A DNA stretch of 64,000 nt from Tubiluchus corallicola. Taxonomy: Eukaryota > Animalia > Priapulida. Position numbers and translations under genes: made by a program. Shown one piece after another: positions 25,501-37,099 of this stretch. The stretch spans positions 1 through 64,000 of the forward strand of contig JAQGDQ010000027.1 of the NCBI GenBank assembly GCA_030141605.1, in the 5' to 3' direction. The notes below the pieces were generated by a model. The model was not told the DNA's origin. It saw only the letters and a program-made list of their open reading frames with translations, and ran no database searches. Every line of letters begins with the position of its first letter. Position 1 is the first letter of the stretch.

Positions 25501-28500
25501 TTGAGGCCTTTCCTAATTTTACTTCTTAGATCCAGAGAACGAGAAGATAGAGATAGACGGAGAGACCAGGATGAGAGGAGACGAACCGATGTTAGAAATA
25601 GGCTTGGTACACGTTATGACAGAGGTCCTCCTCCTTCTAGAAGAAGAAAATCGAGGAGTAGGTCACGAAGTCATTCACCTAGACGTAAGCATTGTGATTC
25701 CATGTAGACTTTATCGCAAGATTATAATAATTAGGAAAAAAATTGGTATAATATGTATATAGATTTAAGCTTTATTGTAAAAATACTGTGTTGCTTGTTA
25801 CCTGTATTACGGCTAATTCTACTTTATGGCAAAATTTCATTAAGTGTCTTGTAGATTAATGGAGAACAAAGGCAATTTTAGAGTATATCCCAAAGGATTT
25901 TCCACCCAGAGTTATGTTACTTAGCATTACGCTTACCTGCTCGAAAGACTTATGTAACTAGCAAAGAAAATTCTTGGTAATTTAAAATATAAACCGAGTG
26001 TAATCATTAAAGTAGGTAGGCGATATCAAATTTTGCAATAGCCATGATTTTTTTTATCTAGGGAGACCACGTAGTCCAAGACCTAGGTCACATTCTCGGT
26101 CACCAATAGAGAATGCAGCAACAAAGCCACCAAAGCCTCGAAGTCCTACACCACCAACTCCGCCTTTAATAGCAACTAGTGCTATTCCTACAGTAGGTGG
26201 TAGCAGCGTCAGTGTAATTGACTCAGTACCTCCACCTGTCACGTCTGTCAATAAGGCTAGGTGCCGTGATTATGATGGTATGTTGAATAATATTCATTGT
26301 GGTAATCATACTTTTAAATTTACTGCTTTGAGAACAACTTGTTTAGTCAGTATTAGTGAGCCACATTAGTACCAGTGAATCTGCAATTCTTATGTATTAG
26401 GATCATATGTATAGATTTTTACAGTCATATTTTATTACATGGCTTAGTATCACTACACACTTTACATGTCACGTATTACATCACATCATTAATCTAAACA
26501 GATTATTGTGCTGTATACTAGTGTACCCTTTTGTATGCAGTGTTCCAATGTAATATTAACTTATCAATTATAGTGTATTCTGAATGCATTGGCATTAATG
26601 ATTATGTTTTCAGAGAAAGGCTACTGTATGCGCGGAGATTTGTGTCCATTTGATCATGGTCGTGATCCCGTCATAGTTGAGGATGTTAATTTACAGATAA
26701 TGCCTTTTGGCCCACAAGGTAAGGCAAAGATGTGCATATCATTGCTATGTAGAAAAAATGTAAGCCTTTCATAAAATTAGGCTCCTAATACAGAAATATA
26801 TAAAAGTGGCATTATCATAGTTTCATATTGCTGTTCTGTTTATTGATGTGAAGTTATGCATTCATGTGGGGATCAGTGGCATAGCCAGGTTCTAAAGCTA
26901 TTGTGTCCATTTGATCATGGTCGTGATCCCGTCATAGTTGAGGATGTTAATTTACAGATAATACCTTTTGGCCCACAAGGTAAGGCAAAGATGTGCATAT
27001 CATTGCTATGTAGAAAAAATGTAAGCCTTTCATAAAATTAGGCTCCTAATACAGAAATATATAAAAGTGGCATTATCATAGTTTCATATTGCTGTTCTGT
27101 TTATTGATGTGAAGTTATGCATTCATGTGGGGATCAGTGGCATAGCCAGGTTCTAAAGCTAGGGTTGGCAAGCACAATAAAAATGCACCGTGACACATGA
27201 AGCTATTATATGTTTGTCTGTGCTACAAGAGACATTGTCAGCATGTGACAAGAATGTACTGTAATAGTTAGATTTCGGTCAATTTGATCTTTGGTTCAAT
27301 CAGTCAACCTTTACAAATGAGTTGCGTAAATGCACGCTTATTTTAGAAATACGAAAGGCAGGTCGGTCAAATAGAGTAATGACTCCAGGAAATTCTTCCG
27401 AGTAAAAAAATGAAAAAAGATTCGATTTCTATCGCACAAGTGAACTAAAGGGTTAAAAAAATTGTTGAAAAGGTGCCAAATTTAAAAATTGTGCTAGAGA
27501 GAGTAGTTGCTCCCCTATTAGCTTTGCCACTGGTGGGATACATAAAAATAAAAAATAATTCGTTTTTATGTGTTTAAAATGTACATTTACAAAATTAATT
27601 TAGTAATGAAGTCCACTGTTCACATATCACATTATTGAATGAGCTAATCAACAGAATTTGCGTTATCGTTGTCTATTATAATTTGAGAACAATTTTTTGT
27701 TTTAAAATAATAACTACAAAAGCTAATTTTGCTTATTTCCAAATTTGTAACGTACATTTGCAAGTATTTAATTTTTTATGTTGTAGGTAATCTTCCACCG
27801 CCTGTCCCTCCACCACAACCCTCACATGGATCTCAGTCTCAGCCTCCTCCTCCTGGTGTAGGACCTGTTCACATTCGTCTCCCTCCACCTTTACCGGTTG
27901 GACCTCCTCCAAGTAGCTTTCCTCCTCCACCACCACCCAATCAGCCGACAGGTCCACCACTGTCATCCATGAGGCATCCAGTGGAGCCATACGTACCAGA
28001 GCCTTATAACCCAGAAACACCGTCGATCAACAGGCCAAGAACTTCTCAGCCTCGTTTCTGGAATCAGGGACCGTATCGGGAACCTCTAATACGACCGCTT
28101 GTAACAAGACAAGTGGTAGGAATTCCAATAGCTGGCAGGCCTGGTACGTTTTCTTGCTTAAAGTATTTCTTTATTTTCATTCCTTGATTATTGGGTTACT
28201 CGCTTGTGAAATAACTCTAAAAAAGATGTCTTTTTCGCTGTGGTGCTGTTCTCGTTTCCATTCATTTTAGCTAATGCGTGTTTAGCTCGTTTTTTATATT
28301 GTGACGCCACAATAGACTTACTCTTATTCTAAATTTTGACGATAAAACGGATTCCACAACAACGATACAGAGCATTTTAGATGACGTATCCACATTTGGG
28401 CAAAAAAAACTAAATAAGCGAATAACCCAATGTTTTTAGAAAACTATTCATTTCTTTCTGTTTAAAAATTTACTTTGCATTGACTAAAGTAAATTACATT

Positions 28501-31500
28501 TACTTTTATATGCAGTATATTATGTAATATATTACATATTTTAGTTAACTGCATTACTATGCTTGTGCAATGTGTATTGATCATTTTTATAACAACCGTT
28601 ATCTTATAGAACCAAGCTTTGTTAGACCGAAAGCTGACCCGATTGAAAAAACTAACAGAATTGTTATTAGTCAATCTCCTGTTGCGAATCATGCCAGTCT
28701 TTCTGTTCCAATAGCAAATACTGAAGTACCAATACAAAGGAAACCAGGCGGCTTTGACTTTTCCCGGCTAGGTAAGAACACAGCAATCAGTGAAGTGTAA
28801 AATTAGTTCAAAATATCTTTGTGCATTCAGAATTTACGCTGATTATTCATTAGTCAAACAAGGAATCGGTTGCATTTAACAGATTTTTTTAAACTTGATG
28901 GTGACCTGTTACAATGACGACATTCTTAGGACACCGTTTTATCCCAGTGGGAGATGAAAAAGAATGTTGCGTTACCAGTTCTGAGTGATGGGTACTATAT
29001 TATGTGCAGTACAAATAATTGATTTTTTTTGTTGATAGCTAACATATGCGTATGCTATAACATTTTACAGGAAACCGGCAACCGGCATTTGATTCTAACA
29101 ACACCGTATTGGAAATTAGAAGGATTCCTCCGGGATGCAACAATATTGGCAAAATTAATGAAACTTTTGGGAGGTTCGGAGATATTCTAAATATTCATGT
29201 GAGTGCTTTTATAATTTAATGTTCTTGTATTGTAATTTATAATAATAATAATAATAATAGAGTGTATGAACTAGAAAGAAATTAAGTCTTAACACAAGTT
29301 TTCGATTATTTAATGTGTATGTTACCAGCAGTGAAACATGGGGTTTAACGATTACTCAAAAAAAAACAGATTGACACATTTTTCAGAAGTCTGCTCTCCT
29401 ATGGAAAGTTTTAAAATAAGATGCTCGTTCATAACCAAAGATGAAGATTTCTGCATTAAAATGAAAAAAAATAAGTGTTGATGACCAGTCACAATGATGA
29501 TATTCTTAGGACACCGTTTTATCCCAATGCGGAGATGAAAAAAAACTGATGCGTTACCAATTCTGAGTGATGGTCATTTATGCATAATACAAATCGTGGC
29601 TTTTGAGTTACAAACGTCTACTAATGATATGTGCAAATGCATATTGAGTCACATCTCTCGATAAAGATATTAGCTTAAAAGTTAAAGATGTTCATTCGGA
29701 TTTAAGGTCATGTTGATGAGCTTTATTTAAATTGGATAATTTTTGTAACCTTCACATCTATTTAAATGTAGACAAGTTTGCCTGTTAGAATTTCTATAAG
29801 CTTTGCTGCTATCCATTTTTGTAATCACTGAATTTCTCTTTTGCTGCTACCCCTTTAACCTTGGACAATAAAGTTATCCGTTAGATTTGACATGTCACTT
29901 TTAACGGATCATGTAGATATTTTAGGGAGCAAGGTGATTTCATTTATCATGCCAACAGTTGTACCAGCTTCTTGAATGACTGCATGAGTTACCATAGAAT
30001 CTCACCATCTGTATAACTTGTTGGTGCTGTTGCAGTGCGTGAAATGTTTCTATCACAGTGGTGACATGTTTAAAACACTGTTTAGTTTTAAGAGAATGTG
30101 AAATAACTTTTACCATAATTACATACATTCAAGAACTATTTTGCTTTTGCATAAATAGATTTATTAGTATTATTTTGCATTTGGTGATTTATTTGTTTTT
30201 CAGGTTTGCTATGGTGGTGATGATTCGGCTGCACTGATACAGTTTCGGACTCATCCTCAAGCAACAAATGCATACAAGTGTCCAGATCCATTGTTTAACA
30301 GTCGCTTTGTCAAGGTGTTTTGGCATAACAAGGAGGTATAATATATAGCAACATTTCTCATTGTCACTTGTAAATTTAGGTTTTTTATTATTAGTTGCAA
30401 TTTTCACTACATTATATGAAAAAAATCTGTATTTCTTAAGTTAAATGTGTACAATCCTCAGAAGAAGCGATTAGTGTAAGTTATTTTGGTACAGTACTAA
30501 TCAGCTTACGTCCTTATACAGTACGGCACTAATGTGTTCCAACAATACACGACATTAAGAGAAACACTGTTAAACAAAATCAAGACTTCCATAGGAAGTA
30601 ATGTAAAATAATTGAGATACGTTCCAGAGGCAAAAATCGATGCTTAATTCATATTAATTAAATATTTTATGAGTTCGATTCTACTGATTATTTTCTTTCT
30701 GTTTGTTTGAAACCGCCTACCTTTCTTACCAGTACGCAGTTAGTGATTTCTCTTTCCTTAATAATGTTGTAGCTCTACAAAGTTAAACACTTGCATAGTA
30801 AAAGTGGGGCGACTTTGGGACAATTTCACGTAGATACTGGTTGCTATAGCAACAAGTTGCAGGCAGAATTGCTTCTCATAAACTTTGCACCGGGTACCTT
30901 GGGGCATATAAATCGCAAATAGATCTTGCTAGATACAAATGGCTAGCATTTAGCAGTCAGTCGAGAAGCAAAAATGTAATTAATGATTGTACCGTTTTAC
31001 ATTACTCGTGCATTTTTAGAACAGAACGCAGTATGTACTGTTTTAATGCTTCAAATTAGGCAAAAATGTTGTTGATCAAATAAAAATGGCTTCAAGCAAA
31101 GTAGAAAACCCATTGTTAAAATAATACTTGCTTCTTTAAGTGAGAAAAAGGTGTCAAATGTTCAACATCATTAAAACGAAATCTCTCTAAATGGGAATCA
31201 TTAAGCAAGTACTTCATTCTTATATCCTAATCAGCTTACATCCGTATACTAATAGAAAATCATGCTTCCTAACATTTTTTCAGATGCTCAAATAAAATAC
31301 GTTCGATACTAATGACATTTCATTCCATTGGTCATTAGGATATGTTAATGAATGTTTTGGTTCTTCTCTTCAGGCATCTCAAGATAAACCGGTGCCAGCT
31401 CGCAAGTCAATTCCAACAAGAAGTGAACTCTCTCTCGACAATACAGCTAAAACTGAAGAACCTCTTGACATAGTTTGTGTTTTTCATTTTCTCTTTTAAT

Positions 31501-34500
31501 TACTAATCTTGTGTAATTATGTAAATTAAATGTTGTTAAATTTTAAATGTTCTTGCATCCCATCTTTCCAAGCTTTTAAACATTTTTGTCATTTCTTTGA
31601 AGATAATTTTGTAGTTTATTCTTGCATTAAGTTTATTTGTCAGAGGTTAACTGTGGAATACAATAACCTATACTGTTTACTTGCATAGCATGGATTTATA
31701 GAAATTTTAGTCAGTTGTAAAATCTTATAAAATGTTTGTCTTCTTTTAGTCAGTGAAGAAGCATCCTACTGGCTTAACAAGGACAGTGTTTAACGCTGCA
31801 GCTGCTGCCAAATCAGAAGTAACGCCCCCTGGTGTATCGCCACCACCTGTTGTCACCAAACAAGAAGCCGTTCAGCAAATTGAGGCAGTCAATAAGCGGA
31901 CGGCGGCCGAGGAGGCTGCGAGAAAGATGAAAGAGCTGAAAATGAAGGTGATATGGAAGTCATTTAATAAATTTTCATCACTAATTTATTTATTTTGTTC
32001 AGTGTAGAAATAGTTATTCAAGGTTTAAGTGCCATAAATATTAAAGCAGTTCATAAAATGCTATTTGATGCCGTCTTCATGTGTGTTACCTACTATTGTT
32101 AGCAAATTATAACATTATTTCATTTTAGCAAGGACTAAAACTCAAAGCAAGTCTGCAGAAACAACGACAGCAACTATGGGATAAATACATCAAACAACAG
32201 AAGCTGCTAATCAAAAAGCTGGATGAGAACAAACAGATGCCAGAGGCGGAGCGTGCTGCCATCATGAAGGTTGGTAATTTCACACAATAAATACTGCATA
32301 ATTAGGATCGTGGGAACCAAAAAATATCTAATTTGTATTATTTGAAACTGCAGAACTGTGTCATTGTCTTTTTTCTGTTTTGTTATACAGAATTCATTTT
32401 TCCTTCTCATAATTTAAAACTGTAGGGAAATTTGGTTTCTTAAATACTTAGCTGTTAAGAGCAAAAGTCATTTTTCATAATGAGTTTGACACTAACAGGA
32501 CCTTACTTCTACTTGCTTTTTTTAGACTATAGAAAAGTTACAAGAAAGCATCTCAAAAGTTAAAGAAGAAATCAGCAAGCCTGATTTGCAGTCTTTATCT
32601 AGGAAAGAGGTATGTTTACTTTATACTACGTTTTTAATTTCACTTTTACAAGTTTTAACAGCTTAGCTAGCAATATTGTAATTGCTAATACAGTTAATTC
32701 TTGAATCAACAAACCCCAAAATAGTGGATTTCAGAAGTAACAGACAAAAACCTGTAACTGGAGTGTTTGATCTAATAGTTTAAAACTCGCAGGAAACGCA
32801 TGATGAGACAGGCAGTTTAACAAGTGTCCTCTTGTCTGTGCACGTGGTAGCTGTTTACAAGATTTAGTGTCGGAGGAATTGCGGTCGCATGGGATTAGCC
32901 ATGTTTTCCCGTTTTTTCTGATTTTTTTAAATTTTTCGTTGTATTGAATTCATTATGGCATTGAAAAAGAAGTGGTGAAAGAAAAAATGCAAATCTAAAC
33001 ATTAGACAGCAGTTAGGGTTGAATTGGGGTGGTTGTTTCTGCCACCTGCATGCGTTTTTCCAATGTTTTCCACGCTGCTGGGATATCCCTCTAACCAATA
33101 GACAGTTAACTTTAACGGACCATTTTTCACCCTTAATCTGTTGACTCGTTGCTTAACTGTGCTGTATTTTTACCTATTTTATTCTTTTAGTTCGCTGCGA
33201 GCTCCTTTCAATTTGTTTATCCTGTTAAGCAATGTATCGGTAAATAGGCTTTTGATTGCTTTAATCACGGAGAGTTATTCTTGACTGTGCTGTATTATTA
33301 GCTATTTTATTCTTTTAGTTCGCTGCTAGCTCCTTTCAATTTGTTTATCCTGTTAAGCAATGTATCGGTAAATAGGCTTTTGATTGCCTTAGGCACGGAG
33401 AGTTATTCTTGACTGTGCTGTATTTTTGGCTATTTTATTCTTTTAGTTTGCTGCTAGCTGCCTTCAGTTGGTTTATCCTGTTAAGTAATGTATCGGTAAA
33501 TAGGCTTTTGATTGCCTTAGGCACTGAGAGTTATTCTTGACTGTGCTGTATTTTTGGCTATTTTATTCTTTTAGTTTGCTGCTAGCTGCCTTCAGTTGGT
33601 TTATCCTGTTGAGTAATGTATCGGTAAATAGGCTTTTGATTGCTTTAGGCACGGAGAATTATTCTTGACGCAGAGTTGGAAGTGTGGACAAAGCAAGCTG
33701 CCGGTGTAGAAACAGCTGTTCTACAGAAACGTCTTTCGGAATTGAAGCAGGAGGTAAATGCACTTGCTTTCATACCATAAATCAATTCAGCCTTCCTTAC
33801 TTTAGTGAATTAGTACTTGTACGATGTATTCTATGTCCTGCATTTTCCCGGGATCTACTTCGTATGTGTATTATATTTATGTCTGATAACAAATGTCTAA
33901 ATCATGTGTAGTAACCGGTGGTGGGACATCGGTGTCATTTTCATAATTGATTAACCTTGTGCAAAATCTATTTGATAATCGTTTATTATCGGTTTCAAGC
34001 CCAAAAAAATGTAACAGGCTTTTTTATCTTAACCGCTTTTGTTTTAGTTACAATATTGGCAGAATAAGTAATATTTGAGGAATAAGTTTTGAATGAATTT
34101 ATATTATTTTATTGGAGTTTATAAAATGGTTCAACAAAACTGACTTATTTTTGTTTATATGCTTTGAGAAACCTTCACGTTCAAGCCACAGATGATAAGT
34201 TACTACACAAAGGTAGTGCCACATTGCTCGATTTCATCGCTATGACGGCTATGTTTATAAGCCGATTTTCTGGGTGTTTCCAAAAAATAAGGGCAAATGA
34301 CATTGTTAATGCAATCGATTTGCATGTGAAGCTGAAAAATAATCGATGATCGAAAATAAAAACCCAAGTTGATTATAATCGGACCCACCACTAGTAGCAT
34401 GGAACAGTCAGTATTTATGTAGAATAATTGTTGGTGTTTTAGATAGGCGTATATACCAAAAAGTGATTCATTGTTCTTTGGGATATAAGTATATTATGTT

Positions 34501-37099
34501 AAGCTAAGTACTTACACTAAATGCTTAGCAAATTACACTTAGTGTAGTTTACCTCATTAATACGATCTTTATGTAGATTTACTGCTGTATTTCTAATTTG
34601 ATTCGATTTAGCATTAATCTGTGTTTCTTTACGAAGAACCACTTGAGATATTAAAACTTAGTAAGAATACTTACTTTCAGAAATTTGTTAGGCAACATTT
34701 CTCATACTGCCACTATAACGAATCTAATTTTCTATTATTAGGCTGCAAACCTTGGAATAGACATACATAGCGGTCAAGCATCAATGAGAGGGTTTGGTCG
34801 TGGTCGCGGCAGGGGTTACAGAGGTAGAGGTCGAGGAGTGATTCCTACTAGCAGAGGCAGAGGAAGAGGAAAAGTAACGATTGATAGACGACCTAAAGCC
34901 ATAAAGATCCAAGGATACTCACTAGATGAGAAAGAAGCCATGATAGCACATTTTGCTGTGAGTAAATGTTATATGACCTCATATTGGTATTTGTATGAGA
35001 ACCATAAGAGAAGTGCAAGATATGAATGTCATTTGCATCTTATTTTTTTCAAACTTAGAATTCTTAAATCTCAGTCCACTGTTATATATTAAACTACAAG
35101 GACGGAACTGTGCACAAATTCAATGCCGATCCACCCGGAAATTCCGGTAAAACTGCTCACGAATTGGTGCGTCAGACAGACTTTTTAAACTGCCTGTCCC
35201 CATTTCCGATTGAAAAAATTGCTAAATTTGCACCTTGTGGAATAATAGAACCTGTTTTGAGCTAAGAGCAAAACCTGCCAAAAGACAAGGAGTGGTTTAA
35301 TACCTCAACACATTACTTTTGGACAAAAACAAATTTACTTACAATAAACTATTTATGATTAATCAATAATCACACACAAAAATTTAACAATAACATTTGC
35401 TAAAACACCAGTATAATGTATATCGTACAGAGCATGTTAAATGTAGAATATATCCAAATTCACATTTAAAACAATTACAGTCTAGATAATAATAAACAAG
35501 GTAAAAATGGTACAATAATTAATTATAAAATGTATGCCCAAAATTTGCACATTAATGCAATGCATCAGGCATCCAGTCTTGTGCTTTACAGATGGTATTA
35601 TATATGTAATTATAGGAAGCTTCCGAAAATTATAGAAGGCTTACGGTACACGTGATGTACTAAACCAGATGATGCAATACACCAGAATCTTATTAATGAA
35701 GCAATTTTATCATATTTATCCCATGATCTATTGTTCTTTGTATTATTACTTTTTATTATCATTGTCATCGTTGTTATTATTATTGTATTTAATTCTAGCA
35801 ACTAGGGCAGCTGGAAAGTATGGACCATGATGATGACGATTCGTCCCCATTCACAATAGCTACCTTCAGGACAAGAAATCAAGCTGAGTATGCATTGAAA
35901 TTTGGAGGCCAGTTTAATGGGAAGATAATCCGACTTGCTTGGCATATCCCGTCTCTGCTGAGGCAAACATCGTCCACATCCACGGCTAGATTATCCATAC
36001 CTGATAATGATGTGGAAATGGAAGAACTGGATGATGTAGAGCGAGTTTTAACGACTGAGGTATTGTACAGATAATGTAGCTGCCTTAAATATTGTGTAGT
36101 TTAAGTCGTATTGGTCATATTAGGTTGACTCAAATTCGTCTAGTTGCCACTTCTGATCATTAAATTACACTGAACGTGTTTAATTGCATGACGTATGATG
36201 CTGTGAATTGGTATCAGTTCAGTGATCTATAGTCAAAATTTGGTAGAATTTTTTCATTGCCAAAAGATATCAAAATTTACTTCAATGCATGTAAGTTATT
36301 CAGATTTTAAAAATCCTGTACAAACTGAGTGTGTTACTTTGCTCTTAAGCAGGAAATTTTCTTTGTCCACACTTTCATTTCTAACTGTTTAATGGAATTA
36401 AACAGCTACTGTTTCACAAAGTTAGTGACACTCTATCAATAACCTACAACGTTGAACAGTTTAGTTGTTGTAAAGCAATAGGAAGTGCACAAGTGTGCTT
36501 TCTTTATTTTTTGAATCTGAATAACTTATGTGCACTATTGCAGAATTGATATCTTTAAGCAATGGAAAAATTCCACCAAAATTTGACTATAGATGGCTGG
36601 ACTGATAGCAAGTTACAACATCATACGGCATATAATTAAATTAGTTCACTGTATTTTCATACACAGATATCATATCACATGCTCTAATCGGACTGCTTAT
36701 ATGTTTGTAAGCTCAAGTTTATGTTTACATAAGTAGAATGGTTCCAAGTTGTGGCATCACACACAATTTTTAATATCAGAATGTGCTTTTAGTATATTCC
36801 ATCATTCCACTGTGCTTAGCACTTCATGGTAGTCGGCCACAATAAAAATGCGTGTGGAAATTACTTTTCTTTTATACATTGTGTAAAGCACAAATTTTAG
36901 CAAGAAAGAACTTCAGGATCATAATCGCATCTATACAGCAATCTGTAAGTCATCAGTCCAGCATGCCTGATTCTTTTTCGTGTATTTTAGGGTATTTTTT
37001 ATTGCATTACAGGATGAAGATGATCTTATTGACGACGAGATGTTGCTAGGTGACGAGGAAGAAGAAGAAGATGAAGAAGGACGTTCCTGGCGTAGATAA
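22556..37099 (+). CDS. RBM26: RNA-binding protein RBM26/RBM27 family (PWI, RS region, CCCH zinc finger, Pro-rich, RRM1, coiled coil, RG repeats, RRM2), complete CDS
   Basis: Exons: 22556-22617 (MVKIDDIDALKLWLTKTLTPI), 23561-23679 (CDADPGALAKYVVALVKKDK), 24698-24846, 25109-25254, 25530-25684, 26062-26277, 26614-26718 (RCRDYDEKGYCMRGDLCPFDHG across the junction), 27787-28143, 28610-28771, 29071-29198 and 30204-30335 (RRM1 ending LFNSRFVKVFWH), 31374-31472, 31750-31947, 32129-32269, 32526-32609, 33649-33753, 34742-34957 (RGRGRG), 35799-36059, 37013-37099. The protein ends in an acidic run plus RSWRR*, characteristic of RBM26/27. Probably co-orthologous to both vertebrate paralogues. Confidence 0.93.
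26640..27161. repeat. 261-bp near-perfect tandem duplication (26640-26900 and 26901-27161) covering the 3' part of RBM26 exon 7 and its donor
   Basis: The two copies read identically by eye except ATAATGCCT versus ATAATACCT. Confidence 0.9.
27135..27532. mobile_element. hAT-like MITE
   Basis: TIR CAGTGGCATAGC / GCTTTGCCACTG; TSD-like flanks gtggggat / gtgggata. Confidence 0.6.
28903..28994 (+). ncRNA. SNORD58: Intronic box C/D snoRNA, SNORD58/U58-like, copy 1
   Basis: Variant box C ATGACGA at 28914-28920, guide TTCTTAGGACACC (complementary to conserved 28S GGTGTCCTAAG and matching my recollection of the U58 guide), box D CTGA at 28981-28984, imperfect terminal stem; ends about 75 nt before the acceptor at 29071. 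Confidence 0.7.
29481..29577 (+). ncRNA. SNORD58: Intronic box C/D snoRNA, SNORD58/U58-like, copy 2
   Basis: Canonical box C ATGATGA at 29494-29500, same guide TTCTTAGGACACC, box D CTGA at 29563-29566, terminal stem ATGACCAgTCAC / GTGATGGTCAT. Confidence 0.78.
30519..31219. mobile_element. Longer degenerate copy of the 5191-5482 Tc1/pogo-like element
   Basis: 30535-30720 aligns with 5220-5410 and 31152-31217 aligns with 5415-5482, with about 430 bp of extra internal sequence. Confidence 0.6.
33156..33669. repeat. 128-bp tandem repeat, 4 copies, whose unit includes the acceptor and first 21 nt of RBM26 exon 16
   Basis: The motif actgtgctg starts at 33156, 33284, 33412 and 33540; the last copy runs into the real exon at 33649. 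Confidence 0.92.
33916..34393. mobile_element. Probable hAT-like MITE
   Basis: Short TIR CGGTGGTGGG / CCCACCACTA with internal ATCG repeats; no convincing TSD. Confidence 0.4.
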
